Source: an uncultured Acidimicrobiales bacterium (GTDB taxonomy: Bacteria; Actinomycetota; Acidimicrobiia; Acidimicrobiales; SHLQ01). From it: 64,000 nucleotides of DNA. The notes beneath the pieces were generated by a model that was given only the letters and a program-made list of their open reading frames with translations, did no database searches and was not told the DNA's origin. The position numbers and the translations under genes were made by a program. The first letter of the stretch is position 1; the number at the start of each line of letters is the position of its first letter. Shown piece by piece: positions 48,030-56,691 of this stretch. The stretch spans positions 2,419-66,418 of the forward strand of contig CALHTB010000082.1 in assembly GCA_938038785.1 (NCBI GenBank). The letters are read 5' to 3'.

Positions 48030-49379
48030 CTACAGCGGTGTGTTGTCGTGCTTTCTTCGAGGAAGGACTTCGCGCTTTGAGGCGAGCAGCTGCAGCCCCT
48101 GGGCAATCTCAGCACGGGTCTGATCGGGCGTGATTACCGCATCGACGGTGCCTCGTTGAGCAGCGATGTACGGGTTGAGTAGCCGTTCTTCGTAGGCACC
48201 TTCGAGCTCGGCCCGTTCGTCGGCGCTGGCCTTGCGATGAAGGATCTCGACGGCACCCTTGGCCCCCATAACCGCAATCTCGGCCGTTGGCCACGCGAAG
48301 GCGAGGTCGTTGCCCATGTTCTTCGAGTCCATAACGATGTACGCGCCGCCGTAGCTCTTGCGAAGTGTGACGTTGATGCGGGGAACGGTGGCGCGGGCAT
48401 ATGCGAAGGCAAGCTGGGCCCCGTAGCGAATCATGCCGCGCCACTCGAGGTCCTTGCCGGGGTAGAACCCGGAGGTGTCAACGAAGGTCACCAGCGGAAG
48501 GTTGAAGGCATCGCAGAATGCAACAAACCGTCCACCCTTCTGAGAGGACGGAATGTCGAGCGTTCCCGCAATCGCCATTGGTTGGTTGGCGACGATACCA
48601 ACCGGGAGACCGCCGATGGTTGCGACACCGGTGACCAAATTGGTGGCGTATGTGGACCGCAACTCGAGAAACCAGCCGTCATCGACGACCTCGCCTATTA
48701 CGTCGCGAACGTCGTAGGCACCGGTGGCCGACTCGGGAATGACATCGGCTGCATCGGGCACGGGACGGTCGATCGGGTCTCCGTTAGCAAGAATCGGCGC
48801 GGGTTCTTGGTTGTTGGCGGGAAGCACAGCGAGCAGCTCGTCGACAAGGGTGTAGGCCGTATCGATGTCAGGTGCCATCAAGCTGGCGAGCCCGGCCTGG
48901 TTCGAGAGCACGGCGGTGCCCCCGAGTTCGGTGCGGTTGAACTCGACGCCGGTGAACTCGCTCACCATCGCTGGCCCGCTTACAAACGCATGGCTGTGCT
49001 CGACAACGATCACGTGATCGAGCAGGCCGAGAAGAAGCGCCGGGCCAGCAACAGCATCGCCGTGCAGAACCCCGATCGTGGGAACCCGGCCCGAGCACGC
49101 AGTGAGCGCTCGAGCTGCTGCACCGACAGCGAAGGTCACCGCGAGTTCTTCGTCGGCCGCCGGTCCGTTCGCTCGGAATTCAACTACCAGAGGCACGCCT
49201 TGATCGAGGGCGTTCGCCGCTGCTGAGGCGATCAGCTCGGCATCTGAGGTGGTCAGTGCGGCTTCGGCGATGGCGGCGATACGGACCACGACGCGGCGGC
49301 GTCCGTCAGATCCACGTTCTACATTGCGTCGACTGCGCGGGGTCTGCTCTGCAGCGTCGGCCGATTCGGTGATTGTCAC
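48030..49379 (-). CDS. Acyl-CoA carboxylase carboxyltransferase (beta) subunit family protein with a divergent N-terminal half
   Basis: The C-terminal CT half is well conserved (GIVANQPMAIAGTLDIPSSQKGGRFVAFCDAFNLPLVTFVDTSGFYPG, RKSYGGAYIVM). The N-half lacks the usual SGGAR / GPCAGG-type motifs (ANGPA, GDAVAGPA). At 449 aa it is shorter than the roughly 510-550 aa I recall for the family. Confidence 0.8.
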   Translation of the reverse strand: MTITESADAAEQTPRSRRNVERGSDGRRRVVVRIAAIAEAALTTSDAELIASAAANALDQGVPLVVEFRANGPAADEELAVTFAVGAAARALTACSGRVPTIGVLHGDAVAGPALLLGLLDHVIVVEHSHAFVSGPAMVSEFTGVEFNRTELGGTAVLSNQAGLASLMAPDIDTAYTLVDELLAVLPANNQEPAPILANGDPIDRPVPDAADVIPESATGAYDVRDVIGEVVDDGWFLELRSTYATNLVTGVATIGGLPVGIVANQPMAIAGTLDIPSSQKGGRFVAFCDAFNLPLVTFVDTSGFYPGKDLEWRGMIRYGAQLAFAYARATVPRINVTLRKSYGGAYIVMDSKNMGNDLAFAWPTAEIAVMGAKGAVEILHRKASADERAELEGAYEERLLNPYIAAQRGTVDAVITPDQTRAEIAQGLQLLASKREVLPRRKHDNTPL

Positions 49380-49389
49380 GTCGGGCAGG

Positions 49390-50310
49390 TTACTCGTCGC
49401 TCACGGTGACGTGCAGGCCTGGCTGAAGCTTGCCCCGATCAGCCACGACCTCGGAGATCACCTGTTGCACGGCTCGTGCGGGTGCAGGCAACGTGGTCCA
49501 GCGCCGGTACGCCAACCCAACACTCCGCGTCGACATGTCATCGACATTTACGATGCTCCAGTTTTCGCCTTCGCCGAACGGTGCTGCGGTTGCAGGTACA
49601 AGCGCCGGTGCGTATCCCTGGAATGCGAGAGAGGCCAGAAGCCGCATGCCGTCGAGCTCGGCGGCTGGCTTCAATACGATGCCGAGCTCTTGGGCTGCCT
49701 CGTTGACTTCATTGCGGAACTGTGTGCCTTCAGGTGGTAGAACGAGTTCGTACTTTGCCAGATCACCAAGGTTGACACGCTTCTTCTTTGCGAGCGGATG
49801 GTCGTTTGGCACGATGAGGATTCGTTCCTCGTCGAACAGCGGCTCGGAGGCCAGTTCCGGCTCACTCAGCGGCAAGTTGAGCACCGCCATGGTGAGCTGC
49901 CCGCTCTGAAGCTGAGGGAGTAGGCCCGTGGTCGTTGCGTCGACGACGACAAGATGCACACCCGGAAATTGTTCCTTGAGAGCGCTCAGCAGAGCCGGAA
50001 CGAGCCAACGGCCGGTCGTGCCGATAATGCCAAACCGGACGGTGCCCCGAATATCGTCCCGGAGTGCCGAAACGTCGGCGGGAATCGCTTGCAACTCCGC
50101 TTTGATTCGCAGCGCACGAAGCACGACAACCTCGCCCTCAGCCGTGAGCTCACCAGTGCGTCGATCGACCAGGATCGCGTCAAGCTCACGCTCGAGGCGA
50201 GCGACGTGGGTCGATACGTTCGACTGCACGGTGTGCAATGCCCGAGCCGCCGCAGAGAAACTGCGGTGCTCGGAAACGGCGACGATTGCATTGAGCTGGC
50301 GAAGGTCCAT
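49390..50310 (-). CDS. LysR-family transcriptional regulator
   Basis: MDLRQLNAIVAVSEHRSFSAAARALHTVQSNVSTHVARLE (LysR HTH) plus a substrate-binding domain. Confidence 0.9.
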   Translation of the reverse strand: MDLRQLNAIVAVSEHRSFSAAARALHTVQSNVSTHVARLERELDAILVDRRTGELTAEGEVVVLRALRIKAELQAIPADVSALRDDIRGTVRFGIIGTTGRWLVPALLSALKEQFPGVHLVVVDATTTGLLPQLQSGQLTMAVLNLPLSEPELASEPLFDEERILIVPNDHPLAKKKRVNLGDLAKYELVLPPEGTQFRNEVNEAAQELGIVLKPAAELDGMRLLASLAFQGYAPALVPATAAPFGEGENWSIVNVDDMSTRSVGLAYRRWTTLPAPARAVQQVISEVVADRGKLQPGLHVTVSDE

Positions 50311-50316
50311 AGGGGC

Positions 50317-52602
50317 CTATGAGCCGGCGGTCTGCTGGCGGATCAGGTTGAGAGCCGATCCGGCGTGGAACCACTCGATCTGATCCTGCGAAAGGGTCTG
50401 ATTGGCTTGGAACTCGATGCTCTCGCCATCAGCTTTGTGCAGTACGCAATCAACAGGCTTGCCCGGGCTCAGCTCGGAAAGACCGGTGATCGAAATGGTG
50501 TCGCTTTCTTCGATAGCGAGCCAGAAGTCGGGGTCGGCGAATGTGAGCGCCAGCACACCCTGCTTCTTGAGGTTTGTTTCGTGGATTCGAGCGAAAGACT
50601 TTGCGAAGACCGCGTGGCACCCCCGGAAACGGGGCTCCATCGCCGCGTGTTCACGGCTGGACCCTTCACCGACGTTCTCGTCGCCGATGAATACCCAGTT
50701 AATGCCCTTCTCGTGCAAGCTCTTGGCGATATTTGGGTAGCTCTTAGTCTGCCCATCGCTTGGGTCTACCGCCAGCTCGCTCTCACCGGTGTACGCGTTG
50801 ACCACACCGAGGTAGAGGTTGCCCGAAATGTTCTCGAGATGACCGCGGTACTTCAACCAGGGTCCGGCCATCGAGATGTGGTCGGTCGTGACCTTGCCCA
50901 TGCCCTTTCCAAGAATCGGGAGCTCGAGGTAGTCGTTGCCGTCCCATGCCGGAAACGGTGTCAGCAGCTGGAGACGGTCGCTGGTGGGCGACACGTTGAT
51001 CTCGGTCGAGGCGCCATCATCGGGAGGAGAGATAAACATCGACGTGCCATCTTCGAACCCGGCACTCGGCAACTCGATAGCCGCACCAACGGTGAGCATG
51101 ACCTCTTCACCAGCGTCGTTGGTGAGGGTGTCGGTCTTTGGATCGAAGTCGAGGGTTCCAGCGAGGGCGAGCGCAACCGTGGTCTCTGGTGATGTGACGA
51201 AAGCGAGCGTGGCCCCGTCGCCATCGTTGCGCTTTGGGAAGTTGCGGTTATACGAGGTCACGATGCTGTTGGCGGTGCCCTCGTTGCCTTCGCGATCGTC
51301 GCGCTTCCACTGGCCAATACATGGGCCACAGGCGTTGGCGAGCACGATGCCGCCGATTGCCTCGAGATCGGCCAGGAAGCCATCCCGTTCGATGGTACGC
51401 ATCGTTGCCTCAGATCCAGGGGTAACCATGAACGGCACCTTGGCGGTGAGGCCTTTGGCTGCGGCGTCGCGAGCAATGGATGCGGCGCGGCTGATGTCCT
51501 CATAGGAGGAGTTGGTGCAAGAGCCAATGAGCGCAGCGCTGATTTCGGTTGGCCAGCCGTTCAGTTGGGCTTCCGCACCGAGCTTGGACAGCGGGCGAGC
51601 GAGGTCAGGGGTGTGCGGGCCGTTGATCAGCGGTTCGAGCGTGCTCAGGTCGATCTCGATGACTTGATCGAAGTAGTCACCTGGGTTCGCGTAGACCTCG
51701 TCGTCAGCACGAAGGTGGTGGGCGACCTTTCGGGCGGCGTCATCGATCTCTTCACGGCCGGTTGCCTTGAGGTAACGGCTGGTGGCGTCGTCGTAGGCAA
51801 ACAGGGAAGTGGTGGCGCCGATTTCGGCACCCATGTTGCAGATGGTGGCCTTGCCCGTTGCCGACATGCTCTCGGCGCCTGGTCCGAAGTACTCGACGAT
51901 GGCGCCGGTGCCGCCCTTCACCGTGAGGATCTCGGCCACCTTCAAGATGACGTCCTTTGGCGCAGCCCAACCGCTGAGCTCGCCGGTGAGGTGCACGCCA
52001 ATGGCCTTTGGCCACCGAACGTTCCACGGAAAACCGGTCATGACGTCAACTGCGTCAGCGCCGCCAACGCCCACGGCGATCATTCCGAGGCCGCCAGCGT
52101 TTGGCGTGTGGCTGTCGGTGCCGAGCATCATGCCGCCCGGGAACGCATAGTTTTCGAGAACGACCTGGTGAATGATTCCTGAGCCGGGAGCCCAGAAGCC
52201 GCCGCCGAACTTGGCGCTGACGTCCTGGAGGAACTGATACACCTCTTTGTTGGTGTCAGCAGCGACAGCAAGGTCGGTCTCGCCGTCGACCCGAGCCTGG
52301 ATCAGATGGTCGCAGTGTGTTGTGGTCGGTACTGCCGTCTTGGCAAGACCAGCGGTCATGAACTGCAACCAGGCCATCTGTGCGGTCGCATCTTGCATGG
52401 CGACGCGGTCGGGACGCAGATCGGTGTAGCTCACGCCGCGGTCAAGTCCGCCTTCGTCGACATCGTCGAGGTGATTGATCAGTATCTTCTCGGCGAGGGT
52501 AAGCCCGCGGCCAAGACGTTGCAGGCCGACAGCGAGGCGCTCATCGAGCGTTGCGTAGACGGCGTTGATCAATTCGATGGGGGTGTTGGCGTAGACAGCC
52601 AC
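50317..52602 (-). CDS. acn: Aconitate hydratase, short (about 760 aa, mitochondrial-type) form
   Basis: LTLAEKILINHL, RPDRVAMQDATAQM, Fe-S ligands GSCTNSS and NACGPCIGQW, swivel domain SSREHAA. The length fits the mitochondrial-type subfamily rather than AcnA/AcnB (inference). Confidence 0.9.
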   Translation of the reverse strand: MAVYANTPIELINAVYATLDERLAVGLQRLGRGLTLAEKILINHLDDVDEGGLDRGVSYTDLRPDRVAMQDATAQMAWLQFMTAGLAKTAVPTTTHCDHLIQARVDGETDLAVAADTNKEVYQFLQDVSAKFGGGFWAPGSGIIHQVVLENYAFPGGMMLGTDSHTPNAGGLGMIAVGVGGADAVDVMTGFPWNVRWPKAIGVHLTGELSGWAAPKDVILKVAEILTVKGGTGAIVEYFGPGAESMSATGKATICNMGAEIGATTSLFAYDDATSRYLKATGREEIDDAARKVAHHLRADDEVYANPGDYFDQVIEIDLSTLEPLINGPHTPDLARPLSKLGAEAQLNGWPTEISAALIGSCTNSSYEDISRAASIARDAAAKGLTAKVPFMVTPGSEATMRTIERDGFLADLEAIGGIVLANACGPCIGQWKRDDREGNEGTANSIVTSYNRNFPKRNDGDGATLAFVTSPETTVALALAGTLDFDPKTDTLTNDAGEEVMLTVGAAIELPSAGFEDGTSMFISPPDDGASTEINVSPTSDRLQLLTPFPAWDGNDYLELPILGKGMGKVTTDHISMAGPWLKYRGHLENISGNLYLGVVNAYTGESELAVDPSDGQTKSYPNIAKSLHEKGINWVFIGDENVGEGSSREHAAMEPRFRGCHAVFAKSFARIHETNLKKQGVLALTFADPDFWLAIEESDTISITGLSELSPGKPVDCVLHKADGESIEFQANQTLSQDQIEWFHAGSALNLIRQQTAGS

Positions 52603-52702
52603 TGGCGGTTCCTCGGATAGTCGGCAAACACCGCCATCCTACCCGTGCAATGTCGCCAAGGTGGGTCCTTAACTCGCGCATCGAATTACCGATTGGCACA
52701 CT

Positions 52703-53296
52703 ATGCATGCGTTGAAACGGCTTCTGTCATGGCGTTCCTTGGCGTGCGTTGTACTGGCTAGCGTTGTGCTGGCTGGATGTGCCTCAGACTTCAGCCGTGG
52801 CGACGCAATCGTTGCGCTCCAGACAACAGGAGTCTCCGAGGCCGAGGCCACATGCATGGCAGACTCGCTCACCGCACTTGAACAGCTCGACGCGGCGAAC
52901 CCGGCTGAACCACGTACAGACGAACGCCGTTCAGCCTTCGTTGCCGCAACAACCCGCTGTATCAAAACCGAAGTGCTTACGTCCTCGCTCGGCACCGGTG
53001 ACGACGGTTCGGTCGGAGCGTCACTTGCCACGGTGCAAGGAGTCATTGAAGCGAGCACCTCAATTGAGACAGGCACCGCTAGCGAGCCCGGTACTTCCGA
53101 CGGCAAAGGCGAAGCGGATGCGAGCGCAGCGATTGCCGAGCTGCAGCGCCAAGGCCGCACCGAGGCAAACGCAACGTGCATCGTAGAGTTTTTGACCGGC
53201 GCTCAAGCCACGCATCTGTTTCTGGATCCGAACTTTGGATTGGGGCTCGATGCGCTTGAGGCGAACGCCATTGCGGCGTGCCTTTCGCAGCGCTGA
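52703..53296 (+). CDS. Hypothetical lipoprotein
   Basis: MHALKRLLSWRSLACVVLASVVLAGCAS (lipobox). Two internally similar halves (EAEATCMADSL... / EANATCIVEFL...). Confidence 0.6.
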   Translation: MHALKRLLSWRSLACVVLASVVLAGCASDFSRGDAIVALQTTGVSEAEATCMADSLTALEQLDAANPAEPRTDERRSAFVAATTRCIKTEVLTSSLGTGDDGSVGASLATVQGVIEASTSIETGTASEPGTSDGKGEADASAAIAELQRQGRTEANATCIVEFLTGAQATHLFLDPNFGLGLDALEANAIAACLSQR

Positions 53297-53541
53297 CGCA
53301 ACGCAAGGGCTGTCACACCGCCAGCAATTCTGATGGATTTACGGCGTCACCCACCGACGCTCGTGCTCGGAGTTTCGAGGTCGCAGGGTCTTGCTTGACG
53401 CTCAAGCGTTGAAAATTCCGCGTCGATCGCCGCCGTTGGGACCGCTCGCGTGCCGGTCCCGGTCCAGGTCCCTGATTTCGCGCTCACCCCAGTGGGACGT
53501 CGCCTTGGTTCGTTGAGGTCACCTCAACGAAAGGCACAACC

Positions 53542-53655
53542 ATGAAGTTCATCAAGCGCAAAGTGTTCGTCGCATCGGCCCTCGTCGGAGCAGCGATTGG
53601 CTCGTCGCTATCGTCGGGCGTCGTCGAAGGCGCTATCGGTTCCTGGTTCGGCTAG
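53542..53655 (+). CDS. Candidate 37-aa small hydrophobic/secreted peptide (below the ORF-track cutoff)
   Basis: My own translation: MKFIKRKVFVASALVGAAIGSSLSSGVVEGAIGSWFG. GAAAGG lies 8 nt upstream. Palindrome TTGAGGTCACCTCAA at 53513-53527. The stop overlaps the convergent regulator's stop. Confidence 0.35.
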   Translation: MKFIKRKVFVASALVGAAIGSSLSSGVVEGAIGSWFG

Positions 53656-56351
53656 GCCATCACCTGGTCGGCTAACTCCTCGAAGCGGGAAGGCAACTCG
53701 ATATCGAGGTCGATACACACCCTCCGCACGTGCTCAAGGGCTAGCCGGAGGGTGGGTTCGTCCTTTTGACGAGCCGCCAGATTCGCGACTGCCATGTACG
53801 GCCGTTCGGAGTCTGGGTTAAGTCGTGTCAGCGCGTCGATCGCCCACGTTGCAGCGACAGTTCCTGAGTCGATCGCGATCTCCAACGCTGACTCAACCGC
53901 GACTACTAGTGATTGGCGTTCGGACTGCAGCCAGTCGTGATACACGTCCAATTCGAGCAATGGACCCCGATACATATCAACTATTTCGACGGCAGTGCTC
54001 AGGTCGTCAGGGTTGGCTCGGAGCGTTCGAACGAACGCGTGTATCTCGGCAAGGTCCGAAGTCACGTGAGCCCCAAGTCCAACCGATTGACCGCGTCGTT
54101 CGATCGCCTCTTGCCCCAGTGCTGATCGAGCCCGGCTAACGACGTTCTTAAGCCGCCGCAGGCCGACATCGGTACCAACATTGCCCCACAAGTGGTCGAT
54201 GACCACATCAGTAGGAACCGGCTTTGCTCGAACGCCGAGAAACTTTACGAGTTCGGTCGCCTTGCCTCCACCGATCTTGCGCAGTTCGTCGTCTTGGGTA
54301 ACGACGCCAAATTCCCCGAGCAGCCTTAGCTGGACTGGGCGTGGGCCAACAAGAGATCGAGAGCACTCTGTGGTGGCCCGATAGAGCGAGTCGAGTCCGT
54401 ATTGTCGAGCCTCGTCGAGCAGCGTTCCCGTATCGGTCTTTCCGAGAGCGAGGTTGACCGCAAGTTCGAGGCGCCACTGGCGTTCAGCCGAAACTTCTAC
54501 GTTTTCGTTGAGTGCAGCCAGGAGTTGAGCGCACTGAGCATCACCGCGCTGTGCTGCTACGAGGACTTCGGCTGTGCCGACTTCGAGCGGCTCTTCGTCT
54601 CGGCGCTTGACCACTCGGGCAAGGAACTTGGCCGCCTCGTCATGATCACCGGCATTTGCGAATGCCACAGCTGCCTGGGACAGAAAGATGACGCCCGTGG
54701 CGTGGTCGAGTAGTTCCTTGACCATCAGCGACTCGGCCCGCCGCTGCAACGACTTCACCGCAGTCGGGTCTTGCTGAAAGCCAGCAATAAGCATTTGCGA
54801 CCACGTGTGGTAGGCGTCGAGCCAAGCTAAGCCGGAACTGGACAAGAGATCAGCAATATCAGCATCGATCCGTTCGAGGCCCTCGGCATCGGCGAGTCGA
54901 GCGTGTTGGTGGCCGAGCAAGACCATGTTCTTGACGTAGCTCTGTGGCTGTCGACCGCTGAGTTCACAGGCTCGCTCGAGGACGTCGATGGCCTTTGCGT
55001 ATGCGCCTAGATGCGAGAGGGCCCGGGAGGTGAGCATTCTCAGGGTTGCGGCGGCTCGAGCGCTCTCTCCGATCATTGCCCAGTCGTTGGCGATCGACTC
55101 GAGGCTTTTTGCAGCCGTATAGATCGAATCCAGTTCGGCGGCTTCGATGTTCTGCATGGCTGCGATCTCGCGGAGTCGGATCTGCGTTATCGCGTTTGCA
55201 TGTTCCTTTGCCTGCTCTCGAAGTGCGCCAAGGCGACTCCGTACCTCGTCCCGCGGTGCGTATTCGAGGTCGAGCAGGAGAAGCTCGGCCTTTGCCTCTA
55301 ATTGCAGGTCTGGGCGGAGCTGTTCGCTCGCGCATTGAACTGCGTCCTCGAGTGTCTGGCGGAGCGAAACCAGATCGCCGTGGTTGTGGTACACCCTGGC
55401 AAGGCGCAACTGTAACGATCCGTCGTCCTTCTCGGAGTCGAGCACGGTTCGCAGCAATGAAAGCAGGGTTGGTTGGCTTCCCTCGTCGAGTTCGAAGACC
55501 GGTACCGAGCGAAGCGCTTCGGCCGCCGCGGCGATCTGCCCAGCGGCGAGCAAAATACGAGCGCCAGCGACCATTCCCGCATCCGCGATGAGTTCGGGGG
55601 CGATCATTCTGGCGGTCTGCTCGTCGAGAGACGCTCTCGACTTCAGTGACGAACGCACCGGCTCGAGGATCTCATACCAGCCAGGTTGGGTCTGGACGAT
55701 CGGCAGCCCAGCACGCTGAATGCGTTGAAGTCCACCAGAGCCGAGCAACGCATTCACCAAGCCGGGCGAGATCTTGGTGAAGTGGGTGAGCTGGGCGATC
55801 TGGGTGAGATCGATTGGATCTATGTCCTTCGTGCACAAATCAATGAGTGCGTCGAGGTGAGGGCCGTTGCAGAGCTCGTCGTACACATGGTCCGAACCCG
55901 TATCGTGGCGTACCGCAGCGAGGCACGCCGTGAAGTACCCGGGCCAGCCTGCCGTGAAGAGGTGAATTCGTCGCGATACTTCTGGGCTCACTCCGTGGGT
56001 AAGCGCAACTTCGAGTGCTTCTTCTTCGGTGAACCGCAGTGTCGAGTGGTCGATGAGCTTTGCGTTGGGGAGGTGGCCGAGCTCGGGGGTTTCGCGGCTG
56101 ATGAATACCACGTGCTGATTGAGGAGTTTGTCGATCCCAATCCGTTCAGGGTTCGCGCTCTTCAGGTCGAACACCGCCGCAGGTTCGTCGAGTTCGGGCG
56201 AGCTGAGGTGGGCCGCGATGGTCGAGACCCCGAAAGCCGGGGGAGCGCTGATGATCGTTGGATGTTCGTCAGCAAAGACGGCGGAGGACAAACGCTGTCG
56301 CCAGAGCTGTCCGTCCCCCACATTCACGCTTCGCAATCCACCTTCGACCAT
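53652..56351 (-). CDS. Large MalT-like (STAND) / TPR regulator with a C-terminal SARP module (OmpR-type wHTH + BTAD)
   Basis: The N-terminus resembles the MalT ATPase region, but the P-loop reads SAPPAFGVSTIA (no GK[ST]). HLFTAGWPGYF is MalT-like. Long helical/TPR middle section. The C-terminus LRLLGEFGV...ATELVKFLG...DHLWG... plus BTAD (YRGPLLELDVYHDWLQSER) is SARP-like. Confidence 0.8.
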   Translation of the reverse strand: MVEGGLRSVNVGDGQLWRQRLSSAVFADEHPTIISAPPAFGVSTIAAHLSSPELDEPAAVFDLKSANPERIGIDKLLNQHVVFISRETPELGHLPNAKLIDHSTLRFTEEEALEVALTHGVSPEVSRRIHLFTAGWPGYFTACLAAVRHDTGSDHVYDELCNGPHLDALIDLCTKDIDPIDLTQIAQLTHFTKISPGLVNALLGSGGLQRIQRAGLPIVQTQPGWYEILEPVRSSLKSRASLDEQTARMIAPELIADAGMVAGARILLAAGQIAAAAEALRSVPVFELDEGSQPTLLSLLRTVLDSEKDDGSLQLRLARVYHNHGDLVSLRQTLEDAVQCASEQLRPDLQLEAKAELLLLDLEYAPRDEVRSRLGALREQAKEHANAITQIRLREIAAMQNIEAAELDSIYTAAKSLESIANDWAMIGESARAAATLRMLTSRALSHLGAYAKAIDVLERACELSGRQPQSYVKNMVLLGHQHARLADAEGLERIDADIADLLSSSGLAWLDAYHTWSQMLIAGFQQDPTAVKSLQRRAESLMVKELLDHATGVIFLSQAAVAFANAGDHDEAAKFLARVVKRRDEEPLEVGTAEVLVAAQRGDAQCAQLLAALNENVEVSAERQWRLELAVNLALGKTDTGTLLDEARQYGLDSLYRATTECSRSLVGPRPVQLRLLGEFGVVTQDDELRKIGGGKATELVKFLGVRAKPVPTDVVIDHLWGNVGTDVGLRRLKNVVSRARSALGQEAIERRGQSVGLGAHVTSDLAEIHAFVRTLRANPDDLSTAVEIVDMYRGPLLELDVYHDWLQSERQSLVVAVESALEIAIDSGTVAATWAIDALTRLNPDSERPYMAVANLAARQKDEPTLRLALEHVRRVCIDLDIELPSRFEELADQVMA

Positions 56352-56486
56352 TGATCAGAGAATAGTGGGGGCCTGCCCTACATCTGTAGTCGACGAGGCC
56401 GTCCGTCCAGCCGTGTCATCGAGCGTAGCATTTAGCGCAGGCCACCGATTGATATTGGATCGTCGGTGAGCGCGATGTTGTAGCCC

Positions 56487-56576
56487 CCAGGGCACCTACG
56501 TCCGGCTGGGAAGTTACATCGTGCCAAAGACACGATGCCTGTTGAGAAACTTCGGCCGGAGCGTAGGTGCCCCTGG
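56487..56576. other. Long imperfect inverted repeat (about 20-bp arms) enclosing a second hairpin; part of a structured 190-nt intergenic element
   Basis: Arms CCAGGGCACCTACGTCCGGC (56487-56506) and GCCGGAGCGTAGGTGCCCCTGG (56555-56576). Inner hairpin catcgtg/cacgatg at 56516-56538. Downstream there is CCGCTC-aaa-GAGCGG (56584-56598), GGTACC x3 (56629, 56637, 56648) and T6 (56661-56666). Confidence 0.6.
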
Positions 56577-56691
56577 AGGGCAACCGCTCAAAGAGCGGCA
56601 TGAACCGCCGTCCATGCCCAAAGTGTCTGGTACCGAGGTACCACTTGGGTACCACTGTTGATTTTTTGGGCGATTTTCCGGTGTTGGGGTG

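Noticed and set aside
48237-49226. 329-aa + ORF opposite the carboxyltransferase gene, and the similar 50365..51192 ORF opposite acn
   Set aside because: Both are shadow ORFs of well-supported genes.
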